Shown here: in pieces, positions 39,447-47,815 of the stretch | How the letters are laid out: every line of letters begins with the position of its first letter | How positions within the stretch are numbered: the stretch's first letter is position 1 | NCBI GenBank assembly: GCA_903861715.1 | Contig: CAIOVI010000019.1 | Span: 5,936-69,935, forward strand | Origin: an uncultured bacterium | Lineage (GTDB): Bacteria > Patescibacteriota > Minisyncoccia > Moranbacterales > GWC2-37-73 | Reading direction: 5' to 3' | DNA length: 64,000 nucleotides | The notes under the pieces: model-generated | The model's database searches: none | The model's input: the letters and a program-made list of their open reading frames with translations, nothing else | What the model was told of the DNA's origin: nothing | Program-made: the position numbers and the translations under genes

Positions 39447-39710
39447 CTTTCATGAAGCATGGAACACAAAACATGGAACATGGAAGCAAAAATTCAAATA
39501 TACGTTTAAAGGCAGTCTCGTAAGGACTGTTTTTTTGTTGCGAGCAAGCCATTTTTTGGACTTATCCACAGGTGGCGATTGACAGTGATATTGAAGAAGT
39601 GTTAAACTATCATTATTGGGCAAGCGGCCGCAAGCTCAGGCTAATAAAATTAAAATTAAAAATCCAAGTTAAGTTTTAGCTTTGATAACAAAATAATTTC
39701 GTTACCATTT

Positions 39711-39745
39711 GGGAGTTCGACTCCCATTGGGGGAGTCAAACTCCC
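39711..39745. repeat. GGAGG-hairpin palindromic repeat (copy 3, variant gggag/ctccc)
   Basis: gggagttcgactccc attgg gggagtcaaactccc. Confidence 0.65.
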
Positions 39746-39801
39746 TTGAGATGATAACGTTTGCTATCTTGATATAAAATAGAATTTAACTGGGCAAAAA
39801 A

Positions 39802-40056
39802 ATGAGCAACTATCAAAACTCCGCTCAAGGCGGAAACAATGTGTCTGAAAAAGTTTTTTCCAAAATGCTTCGCGCAGGAGGCAAAAATTATTTCTTTGAT
39901 GTCAAAAAAGCCAGCAATGGCAGCAACTATCTGACCGTGGCAGAGTCCTACAAAAATCAGCAAGGCCAGCAAGTCACCAATCGAGTGATGCTTTTCAAAG
40001 ATCATTTTCAAGATTTTTTCGCTTCACTGCAGGAAGCCAGCAACTTTTTGAAGTGA
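39802..40056 (+). CDS. DUF3276 (bacterial PUR-alpha-like ssDNA/RNA-binding) protein
   Basis: KNYFFDVKKASNGSNYLTVAES is the typical PUR-like repeat signature. Confidence 0.55.
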   Translation: MSNYQNSAQGGNNVSEKVFSKMLRAGGKNYFFDVKKASNGSNYLTVAESYKNQQGQQVTNRVMLFKDHFQDFFASLQEASNFLK

Positions 40057-40535
40057 AAATTGACATTGTTAATTGGCAGTTATATTATATCAATATGAAA
40101 AACCAAACCAAAAAAACTGAAGAAAAAGTTTATACCATGGGAGAAGTCGGCTCTTTGCTGGAAAGCATGGACGGTACCATGAAGATGATGTCAGAAAATT
40201 ATGTCGGTCTTGTGAAAACTCAGGATAAAATTCTTGCGGTTCAGTATGATATGAAAAATCAACTTGAACGAGTTGAAATTAGACTCAGTGGCGTCGAGGG
40301 CGGGCTTATTGGTGTCGAGGGCAGGCTCAGTGGTGTCGAAGGCAGGCTTAGTGGTGTCGAGGGAAGATTGGATGGAGTTGAGCACCGACTTGAAAAAGTT
40401 GAAACCAAAATCGACAGGCTGCAAGATGATATGGTGGAAGTGAAGTTTGAACTCAAGAAGAAAGTTGCTGTGGATGATTTCGAAAAATTGGAAAAGCGAG
40501 TCGTCAAGCTCGAAAAACTTTCCTATTCGCATTAG
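40053..40535 (+). CDS. coiled-coil protein with tandem heptad repeats (GVEGRLS)x5
   Basis: RLSGVEGGLIGVEGRLSGVEGRLSGVEGRLDGVEHRLE is encoded by 21-nt tandem repeats at about 40279-40385. The start could instead be the ATG at 40095. Confidence 0.5.
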   Translation: MKIDIVNWQLYYINMKNQTKKTEEKVYTMGEVGSLLESMDGTMKMMSENYVGLVKTQDKILAVQYDMKNQLERVEIRLSGVEGGLIGVEGRLSGVEGRLSGVEGRLDGVEHRLEKVETKIDRLQDDMVEVKFELKKKVAVDDFEKLEKRVVKLEKLSYSH

Positions 40536-40698
40536 CAACTTTGCGCCAAAAAATCTTCAGTCAAAATACCTCCAACTTTTTGCTTGGTGGTATTTTTTAT
40601 GGACCAGTCGCAATTTTTTTCAATTATGCTAAAATAAAATCGTGGAAATAATTTTTAAACTAATACAGAATCAACTTAATTAGTTGCAGCTATACGTT

Positions 40699-40733
40699 GG
40701 AGGTTCGACCTCCATTAGGGAGGTCGAACCTCC
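40699..40733. repeat. GGAGG-hairpin palindromic repeat (copy 4, variant ttcga/tcgaa)
   Basis: ggaggttcgacctcc attag ggaggtcgaacctcc. Confidence 0.7.
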
Positions 40734-40776
40734 TTGTAACCAACAGTAATTTAATTGATTTGGTATAAGTAAAAAT

Positions 40777-41418
40777 ATGACAAAAAAGTTAAAAAAAGAA
40801 GCTGAAATTAGTTTGGCAAAGCTTGAGGATAAAGAACTCTTGATAAAAGAGCTTAAAAAATTGGCACATGCTGGCACCAAGGAGGCGGTGGCAAAAATTG
40901 AAAAATATCTTGAAACAGAAAAAGATGCTGAAAGACGAGCTTACGGCGAAATGGCTCTGGAGGAATGTGAATTTTTTCTGTATGAACCAAGGAATGAAAA
41001 AGAGGAAAAGGAGCTGATGCTCTGTGAATTGATCAAGCGTCGCGAGCGTAGAGTTGATGATTTGACGATCAAAATTGACGGCGCTGAAATGAGATTGGAA
41101 AAATTAGCACTAGAAAAGAAGGTGCATAAAAAAGTTTTGGAGTCCAACAAAAGCAAGCAAGAAGATTGGCAGTATTTTTGGTTGGAAGATTTTGTGGGGA
41201 TGGAAAAAAATGAATTGCAAAAAATTGAAGATGAACTTGCCTATGAAGAAGCTTGGATTGAGCAGGCGAAGAAAATGATCACAACCGAAAGATATAAAAA
41301 AATTCCGTTTCGTTTTCTTGGACATTTCGACTTTGGTTTTGATGAAGATTTTCCAGAAGATGATGAGGATGCTTGCGATTGCGGTTGCTGCGAGAGTGAG
41401 GAAGAATTTAAATTTTAA
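40777..41418 (+). CDS. hypothetical coiled-coil protein with acidic Cys-rich C-terminus (paralogous block shared with the SEC-C protein at 25772)
   Basis: The MALEECEFFLYE block matches LALQECESFLEK in the SEC-C protein at 25772. The C-terminus is DEDACDCGCCESEEE. Confidence 0.5.
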   Translation: MTKKLKKEAEISLAKLEDKELLIKELKKLAHAGTKEAVAKIEKYLETEKDAERRAYGEMALEECEFFLYEPRNEKEEKELMLCELIKRRERRVDDLTIKIDGAEMRLEKLALEKKVHKKVLESNKSKQEDWQYFWLEDFVGMEKNELQKIEDELAYEEAWIEQAKKMITTERYKKIPFRFLGHFDFGFDEDFPEDDEDACDCGCCESEEEFKF

Positions 41419-41451
41419 AATTGAATCAATGAAATTGCTGTCGTTTGCAAT

Positions 41452-41485
41452 GAGGCTCAACCTCCATAATGGAGGTTGAGCCTCC
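41452..41485. repeat. GGAGG-hairpin palindromic repeat (copy 5)
   Basis: gaggctcaacctcc ataat ggaggttgagcctcc. Confidence 0.7.
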
Positions 41486-41502
41486 AATGGCTGAAGTTAA
41501 AT

Positions 41503-41528
41503 ATGTCCATTCAACCACATAAGGACAT
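41503..41528. repeat. GTCCAT...CCACATA...GGACAT hairpin element
   Basis: atgtccattcaaccacataaggacat is identical over 24 nt to 30596-30619. A variant lies at 42722-42746. Confidence 0.6.
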
Positions 41529-41560
41529 TTTGTTAACTCTGTATCAAACGTCTTATTTTT

Positions 41561-42709
41561 TTGATTAGAAATCCTTTATTATCTATGCTTTCTTACATTG
41601 AAATATCAAAAGAAAATCTGCTACATAATTTTGCGGCGTTAAAATCACTGGTGCGACCGGAAGTTAAAATTATTTCAGTTATCAAGGCCAATGCTTATGG
41701 GCATGGGCAAAATGAGGTTGCGCAGATTCTTGAGGAGGTCACTGACTATTTCCAAGTGGATGATCTGCAAGAACTCAAGCTGCTGCGAGAAGTTTCTCAA
41801 AAGCCAACCCTGGTGCTGGGCTATGTTGCAAATGATGAGATAGCAGAAGCGCTAAGCTTTGGAGGAACACTTTGTGTTTATGCTGAGAAACAAATTTTTG
41901 AAATTGAAAAAAATGCAAACAAACTTGGCAAAATTGTGGATGTGCATGTGAAAATTGATGCCAGGTTGGGCAGGCAAGGTGTGTTGCCAGAAAATGCGGA
42001 AACAATAGTTGAAATTTTGAAAAAGTGTCAGCATATTCGCGTTCAGGCTGTTTATTGTCACTTTGCAAACATCGAGGACACTGCTGATTTTTCACATGCG
42101 CAAAAGCAAATTGAGGTGTTTGAACAAGTTGTGGCTTTTTTTCGAAAAAATGGTTTCGAAAACATCAAAACGCACATGTCTGCCAGTTCCGGAGTTATGG
42201 TGTATGAAAATATTCAGGGAAAATCAGGCTTTATTCGTCCGGGTCTAAGCCTTTATGGAATGTGGCCCTGCGAAGAATTGAAAAAGAAATTGGAGAGTGT
42301 GGATTTTTCTTTGAAGCCAGTGATGAAATGGGTGTCGCACATTGCTCAAGTTAAAACTTTGCCAGTCGGTCATTCAATTGGCTATGGTTTGACATTCATG
42401 ACTTCTCGACCGACGAAGATAGCCATAATTCCCCAGGGTTATAGTGATGGCTATGATCGAGGACTTTCAAATAAGGGTGAAGTCCTGATTGGCGGTTCTC
42501 GTTGCCAAGTTTTGGGTCGCGTGGCGATGAATATGTTTGTGGTTGATGTGAGCCATTTGGAAACTGTCAGTGCAGAAGACGAAGTCGTGCTGCTTGGCCG
42601 ACAAGGCAAGGAAACTATTTCGGCTGAAGAGATAGCTGAAAAAATTGAAACGATTAATTATGAAATAACCACGCGAATCTCGCCTTTGCTGAAGCGGATT
42701 GTTTGCTGA
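41561..42709 (+). CDS. alr: alanine racemase
   Basis: VIKANAYGHG PLP-lysine motif, with the C-terminal domain YGMWP block. The start could instead be the M at 41585. Confidence 0.85.
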   Translation: MIRNPLLSMLSYIEISKENLLHNFAALKSLVRPEVKIISVIKANAYGHGQNEVAQILEEVTDYFQVDDLQELKLLREVSQKPTLVLGYVANDEIAEALSFGGTLCVYAEKQIFEIEKNANKLGKIVDVHVKIDARLGRQGVLPENAETIVEILKKCQHIRVQAVYCHFANIEDTADFSHAQKQIEVFEQVVAFFRKNGFENIKTHMSASSGVMVYENIQGKSGFIRPGLSLYGMWPCEELKKKLESVDFSLKPVMKWVSHIAQVKTLPVGHSIGYGLTFMTSRPTKIAIIPQGYSDGYDRGLSNKGEVLIGGSRCQVLGRVAMNMFVVDVSHLETVSAEDEVVLLGRQGKETISAEEIAEKIETINYEITTRISPLLKRIVC

Positions 42710-42721
42710 GAATTAAAATCC

Positions 42722-42746
42722 GTCCATGGGAGCCACATATGGACAT
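42722..42746. repeat. GTCCAT...CCACATA...GGACAT hairpin element (variant)
   Basis: gtccatgggagccacatatggacat. Confidence 0.5.
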
Positions 42747-42787
42747 CTTGCTAAATGTTTAGGGAAATGTGATATAATTAGCAAGCT

Positions 42788-43663
42788 ATGAATTTTGACT
42801 TACTGTTTCAAATTTTAAACACTTGGCAATTTAACACCATCGCTTTTCTGGTGACGGCGGTTGTCTTTGCGCAATATTACAAGCTGGCTGTTAATGGCAT
42901 TAAAAAGGATGGAGTTGCTTTGGTGATTTTTCAACTGATCGGGGCCGTGAGCATTTTGGTTTTGGTTCCGTTTTTTCCAATAAAAATTTCCAATGACCCA
43001 AAGATTTACGGCTTGCTTTTTGCAGCAGTTATTTTTTATACCATCAATGATAGAATCCAAGCGACTATTAGAAAAAATTTGGAAGTCTCGCTTTATTCAA
43101 TTCTGAACCAGTTTTCAAGAGTTTTTTTGGTGCTGTATGGCATTTTTATTTTTAAGCAAGAAATTGTTTTGTTTAAGTTGCTTGGCGGTGGCTTGATTTT
43201 GCTTGGAAATATAATTCTTTTTTATCGAAAAGGGAGGTTTACTTTTAATAAATATGTATTGCTGGCAATTGTGGCAGCTTTTTGCGTGGCAACTGGGCTG
43301 GTAATTGATGTTGATATTTCGACTAGGTTTAATTTGCCGATATATATCATGCTGACGCTCGCACTTCCAGCGCTGATTATTTTCATTTCAGAACGTTTTT
43401 CTTTCAAGGAAGTTTTTGTCGAGTTCGTCTCCTTCCGGCAGAAAAATTTTCTCATAACGGGAATTTCTTGGGGTCTGATGATCTTGTTCATGATTCGGGC
43501 TTTGCAACTTGGCCAAGTGGTTTTCATCGCTCCGCTGATGGCGGTTTCAGTTTTTCTGAATGTGGTGGCTGCATATTTTTTGCACAAAGAGCACGACCAA
43601 TTTCTTCGAAAGATTTTAGTGGCGATTATAATTATTTTAGGCGTTTATTTAATAGTAGCTTAG
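42788..43663 (+). CDS. DMT/EamA-like membrane transporter
   Basis: 291 aa, about 10 TM helices, two-repeat architecture. Confidence 0.5.
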   Translation: MNFDLLFQILNTWQFNTIAFLVTAVVFAQYYKLAVNGIKKDGVALVIFQLIGAVSILVLVPFFPIKISNDPKIYGLLFAAVIFYTINDRIQATIRKNLEVSLYSILNQFSRVFLVLYGIFIFKQEIVLFKLLGGGLILLGNIILFYRKGRFTFNKYVLLAIVAAFCVATGLVIDVDISTRFNLPIYIMLTLALPALIIFISERFSFKEVFVEFVSFRQKNFLITGISWGLMILFMIRALQLGQVVFIAPLMAVSVFLNVVAAYFLHKEHDQFLRKILVAIIIILGVYLIVA

Positions 43664-43806
43664 TGTTGCAGTATTTTTTAAGAAAAGTATAAAAACAGAA
43701 AGCATATTAAGCAAGGTTTAAAAAACTAACAATAGAGATAAAATCCTTTATTTAAGCCAATTATGAAAGATAAGAAGCTAGGGCCTGAAAAGCTAATTTT
43801 TGGCTC

Positions 43807-43834
43807 TTGACAGGATTTATTTATCGTGTAGAAT
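43807..43834 (+). promoter_or_regulatory. candidate tuf promoter (TTGACA-16-TAGAAT)
   Basis: ttgacaggatttatttatcgtgtagaat lies about 155 nt upstream of tuf. Confidence 0.45.
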
Positions 43835-43989
43835 AAACAAGTATTGAGTTTTTGATTTTCCTCGAAAGGAATTTTTTTAATTGCTTTTTTTGGAATATCA
43901 TGTTAAAATTTTTTAGTAATTAAATTATCTTAAGTAACCGCTGGTTGCGGGGCAAAAATAGCCCCCAGCAAAAGCGAAAAACAATTAAT

Positions 43990-45183
43990 ATGGCAGTAGG
44001 AAAATTTGAGCGAACAAAACCACATGTAAACGTTGGAACAATTGGACACGTTGACCACGGCAAGACAACTTTGACCGCGGCTATTTTGCATTGCCAAAGC
44101 TTGAAAGGTTTTGCGAAAGAAAGAGGTGTTAATGAAATTGACAACGCTCCAGAAGAAAGAGAGCGCGGAATCACCATTGCAACTTCACACTGTGAATATG
44201 AAACCGAGGCTCGTCACTACGCTCATGTTGATTGTCCAGGTCATGCTGACTACATCAAAAACATGATCACAGGAGCTGCTCAAATGGACGGATCTATTAT
44301 CGTGGTTAGCGCTACTGATGGTCCTATGCCTCAGACTCGCGAACACATCTTGCTTGCCAAACAAGTTGGTGTGCCAGCAATCGTGGTTTTCATCAACAAG
44401 GTTGATATGGTTGATGACGCTGAATTGATTGACTTGGTGGAAGCTGAAATTCGAGAACTTTTGACCAAATATGAATTCGACGGAGAAAACGCTGCTGTTG
44501 TTCGCGGCAGCGCTACCAAGGCTTTGGCTGCAACATCTATTGAAGATCCTGCCGCTAAACCAATTTATGACTTGATGGATGCCCTTGATGCAAAAATTCC
44601 AGATCCAATTCGTGACACTGACAAGCCATTGTTGATGCCTATCGAAGACATCTTCTCAATCGAAGGTCGTGGAACGGTGGTGACCGGAAGAATCGAAAGA
44701 GGTGTGATCAACATCAATGAAGAAGTTGAAATCGTGGGTCTTCGCCCAACCGCCAAAACTGTGGTAACTGGAATTGAAATGTTCAACAAATCATTGGACA
44801 AAGGACAAGCCGGAGACAATGCGGGACTTTTGCTTCGCGGAATCAAGAAGGAAGATGTTGAACGCGGACAAGTTTTGGCCAAGACTGGCTCAATCACTCC
44901 CCACACTGAATTTGAAGGAGAAATTTACATTTTGACCAAAGAAGAAGGCGGACGACACACTCCATTTTTCAAAGGATACAAACCACAATTTTACATCCGA
45001 ACAACGGATGTGACTGGTGAAGTTATCCTGCCAGAAGGAACTGAAATGGTTATGCCTGGAGACACAATCAGCTTGACTGTCAAATTGATTGCCCCAGTTG
45101 CGATGGAAGAAGGAATGCGCTTTGCTATTCGCGAAGGAGGACGCACCGTTGGAGCCGGAGTTGCTACCAAAATCATCAAGTAA
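43990..45183 (+). CDS. tuf: elongation factor Tu
   Basis: [18 protein letters not shown] and NKVD motifs. The start is at [12 protein letters not shown]. Confidence 0.95.
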   Translation: MAVGKFERTKPHVNVGTIGHVDHGKTTLTAAILHCQSLKGFAKERGVNEIDNAPEERERGITIATSHCEYETEARHYAHVDCPGHADYIKNMITGAAQMDGSIIVVSATDGPMPQTREHILLAKQVGVPAIVVFINKVDMVDDAELIDLVEAEIRELLTKYEFDGENAAVVRGSATKALAATSIEDPAAKPIYDLMDALDAKIPDPIRDTDKPLLMPIEDIFSIEGRGTVVTGRIERGVININEEVEIVGLRPTAKTVVTGIEMFNKSLDKGQAGDNAGLLLRGIKKEDVERGQVLAKTGSITPHTEFEGEIYILTKEEGGRHTPFFKGYKPQFYIRTTDVTGEVILPEGTEMVMPGDTISLTVKLIAPVAMEEGMRFAIREGGRTVGAGVATKIIK

Positions 45184-45277
45184 GTTCGAGTTTACTATGC
45201 AGACATAAGTCAAATTATGTCTGCTTGTGTTTCCTCAAACAATGTTTAAACAGTAATTTTTATTTCAATCTACTCAG

Positions 45278-45613
45278 ATGGCTTCGAAAAAAATAGAATC
45301 AGGACAAACATCCACCAGAATCAGAATTAAGATCAAAGCTTATGACAATAAGGTGATTGATCAGTCAGCCCGCAAAATTGTTGAAACTGCGGAACGAACC
45401 GGCGCCAGAATTACTGGTCCCGTGCCACTTCCAACAGAAATTCACAAGGTGACTGTCAACAAATCAACTTTTGTGCACAAGGATGCTCGCGAACAATATG
45501 AAATGCGAATCCACAAGCGTTTGGTTGACATCTGGGATCCAACTCCAAAGACAATTGAAAGCTTGACTGGGCTTGATTTGCCAGCTGGAGTTGATTTGGA
45601 AATCAAAATGTAG
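45278..45613 (+). CDS. rpsJ: 30S ribosomal protein S10
   Basis: [40 protein letters not shown] is canonical uS10. Confidence 0.95.
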   Translation: MASKKIESGQTSTRIRIKIKAYDNKVIDQSARKIVETAERTGARITGPVPLPTEIHKVTVNKSTFVHKDAREQYEMRIHKRLVDIWDPTPKTIESLTGLDLPAGVDLEIKM

Positions 45614-45931
45614 TATGCGAATAGTCGCGAATGAGTGTTACGAATGGATGCGAATTATTTCCGAATAGTCGCGAATTGGCTGAAAAGCTTGCATAAATTT
45701 AAAAATTGGTTTAGGATAAATAGACTAGAAAAAAGAAAAGAAACTAGTTAAAGTCCGGCCTTAAAAAGTCGGATACTCAATTAGCCAAGTCGCGGACTTT
45801 TCCGTTGACTCTGCTGGCTGAGAAGTCAGTTTTTTTAATCCTACGAAATTACGAAAAATATGGAATGATTTATTTTTGTAAATTTGTAAAGAGTTATAAA
45901 TTTTAGAATAAAGTTTAGGATATTTACTGAT
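45614..45931 (+). promoter_or_regulatory. unusually long (318 bp) S10-L3 spacer containing cgaat-rich repeats and two terminator-like hairpins (45759-45800 and 45805-45837, the latter followed by T7)
   Basis: aaagtccggcc ... gtcgcggacttttcc, and tgactctgctggctgagaagtcagttttttt. Confidence 0.5.
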
Positions 45932-46492
45932 ATGAAAAATATTTTAGGAAAAAAAATGGGCATGACAACGCTGTATGATCAAACGCAAGGTGCGCTTAAT
46001 GTTACTTTGATTGAATGCGAGCCAAACACTGTGGCTATTGTCAGGACTTCCGAGAAAGATGGTTATAGTGCCGTCCAACTTGCCACCCAAAAGACCAAGA
46101 AAGTTGCTCACAAGAAAGAATTTCGCAGTGAGCAGGCGGTGACATTGGCTGTTGGGGACAAGATTACCGTTGAAAATTTTGCGATTGGAGATTTGGTCAA
46201 GGTTAGCGGAATTGCCAAGGCAAAAGGATTTCAGGGAGGCGTGAAAAGACATGGGTTTGCGGGTTCTCCTGCATCTCATGGACACAAGCACGATTTGCGA
46301 GCTCCTGGTTCAATTGGTGCTCAGCAACCACAGCATGTTATCAAAGGAAAAAGAATGGCTGGACGTATGGGAGGCAAGAGAAAATCAGTGAAGAATGTGA
46401 AAGTGGTTTATTTGAATGTTGAAAAGAATTTGATCGGTGTGCTTGGCTCAGTGCCAGGTGTCGTCGGAAGAGTGGTTGAAATTAAAGGATAA
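45932..46492 (+). CDS. rplC: 50S ribosomal protein L3
   Basis: GKKMGMTTLYD start and overall uL3 blocks. Confidence 0.9.
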   Translation: MKNILGKKMGMTTLYDQTQGALNVTLIECEPNTVAIVRTSEKDGYSAVQLATQKTKKVAHKKEFRSEQAVTLAVGDKITVENFAIGDLVKVSGIAKAKGFQGGVKRHGFAGSPASHGHKHDLRAPGSIGAQQPQHVIKGKRMAGRMGGKRKSVKNVKVVYLNVEKNLIGVLGSVPGVVGRVVEIKG

Positions 46493-46591
46493 TACGAATG
46501 CTGATACGAATTATGCCCGAATTATATACGAATATAATTTTAGGACAATTCGGATGTAATTAGGATATAATTTGGATTAAAATTAGGATAT
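46493..46591 (+). repeat. r-protein intergenic repeat (type 1)
   Basis: atacgaatgctgatacgaattatgcccgaattatatacgaatataatt ... aattaggatataatttggattaaaattaggatat ATG. Confidence 0.8.
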
Positions 46592-47221
46592 ATGGCTACA
46601 ATTGCCCTGCACAATCTAGAAGGAAAGAAATTGGAAGATTTGAACATTTCAGATGCGGTTTTCGCAGTGAAATCAAACGATGAACTTTTGCACCAAGTTT
46701 TCATGGTGATTGCTGGCAATCAAAGATTTTCAATTGCCAACACAAAAGACAAAAGTGAAGTTGCTGGAACTGGCAAAAAACCTTTCAAGCAAAAAGGAAC
46801 TGGCAGCGCCCGTCAAGGACAGAAAAGAAATCCAGTGATGAAAGGTGGTGGAATTGCTTTTGGACCAACCAGCGATCGAAATTTCAAACGCGATGTGAAC
46901 AAAAAAATGAAGCAAAAGGCGGTGCGGATTGCGCTTTCTGAAAAACTTCGCAGCGGAACTTTGATTGCGGTTGATGCTCTTGAGCTCAAGGACGCCAAAA
47001 CCAAAGCTTTTGCGCAAGTTATCAAAAACCTCAAACTGACTGGAAAGACTTTGGTGTCATTTGCTGATGGAGAAAAGAAATTGTCAATTGCTAGTCGCAA
47101 TCTTCCCAAGATTGCCAATATTGAAACCAAGGATTTGAATGTATATGATTTGCTCAACAACAAAAATGTGCTCTTGAGCAAAGCCTCGATTGCATTTTTG
47201 GAAGAAAAATTTAGCAAGTAA
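46592..47221 (+). CDS. rplD: 50S ribosomal protein L4
   Basis: KQKGTGSARQGQ ... GGGIAFGP uL4 blocks. Confidence 0.9.
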   Translation: MATIALHNLEGKKLEDLNISDAVFAVKSNDELLHQVFMVIAGNQRFSIANTKDKSEVAGTGKKPFKQKGTGSARQGQKRNPVMKGGGIAFGPTSDRNFKRDVNKKMKQKAVRIALSEKLRSGTLIAVDALELKDAKTKAFAQVIKNLKLTGKTLVSFADGEKKLSIASRNLPKIANIETKDLNVYDLLNNKNVLLSKASIAFLEEKFSK

Positions 47222-47323
47222 ATCGCGAATCAACTCGAATTTAAATCCGAATAATCGCGAATAAAAAAGTATTAGAGAAAATTAGTGAAATAATTAGTGT
47301 TGATTAGTGATTTATTTAAACAT
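47222..47323 (+). repeat. r-protein intergenic repeat (type 2: gtattagagaaaattagtgaaataattagtgttgattagtgatttat)
   Basis: About 50 nt are shared with the S3-L16 spacer at 50541-50631. Confidence 0.7.
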
Positions 47324-47707
47324 ATGGCAGTAATAGAAGAGAAAAAAGAGAATATTGCAAAAAAGGAAGTAGCGGCCAAAAAGGCAGTGAAAAAGGTTGT
47401 TCCTCGAGCTGCTGAAAATGCCGACATTGCTTACAAAGTTTTGGTTGAACCTTGGATCACTGAAAAATCCCATGCAGGCTTGGCTGAAAACAAATATGTT
47501 TTCAGAATCACCCAGGATGCTACCAAGGCGCAAGTGAAAAAAGCAATCGAAGGTTTTTATCAAGTGAGTGTCCAAAAGGTTGCAGTTTTGAATTTTATTC
47601 CAAAGAAAAGAGCCTATGGCAGATTCGAAGGCGCAAAATCAGCAATCAAGAAAGCCGTGGTGACTTTGAAAGAAGGAGATAAGATTGAATTGTTCCAAGG
47701 AGCCTAG
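47324..47707 (+). CDS. rplW: 50S ribosomal protein L23 (with Lys/Ala-rich N-terminal extension)
   Basis: YKVLVEPWITEKSHAGLAENKYVFRI uL23 core. The start is at the MAVIEEKK ATG. Confidence 0.85.
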   Translation: MAVIEEKKENIAKKEVAAKKAVKKVVPRAAENADIAYKVLVEPWITEKSHAGLAENKYVFRITQDATKAQVKKAIEGFYQVSVQKVAVLNFIPKKRAYGRFEGAKSAIKKAVVTLKEGDKIELFQGA

Positions 47708-47815
47708 ATGCGAATTATGATGCGAATTATATCCGAATATAATCCGAATCAGCAGGAAAGCTTTTTATGAAAAATTCGGAAATAATTAGGATGTAATTTG
47801 AATAAAAATTAGGAT
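47708..47815 (+). repeat. r-protein intergenic repeat (type 1b subfamily)
   Basis: gatgcgaattatgatgcgaattatatccgaatataatcc ... aattaggatgtaatttgaataaaaattaggat. Near-identical to 52555-52664. Confidence 0.8.

Noticed and set aside
39711-40733. tRNA genes or tRNA-derived elements suggested by ggaggttcgacctcc T-arm-like hairpins
   Set aside because: The loops are 5 nt rather than 7 nt, and no acceptor or anticodon arms are present.
36059-41485. Integron attC sites or a CRISPR array for the GGAGG palindromes
   Set aside because: The elements are only about 35 bp, with no unpaired extrahelical-base architecture. There is no integrase and no regularly spaced same-orientation repeats. The GTTRRRY match fails in the ttcga variant.
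45614-45931. RNase P RNA in the long S10-L3 spacer (aaagtccgg resembles the P4 AGGAAAGUCCGG motif)
   Set aside because: Too short, and it lacks the other universally conserved RNase P regions (GGUGCGGUAAG-type and ACAGAAACCCGGCUUA-type blocks).
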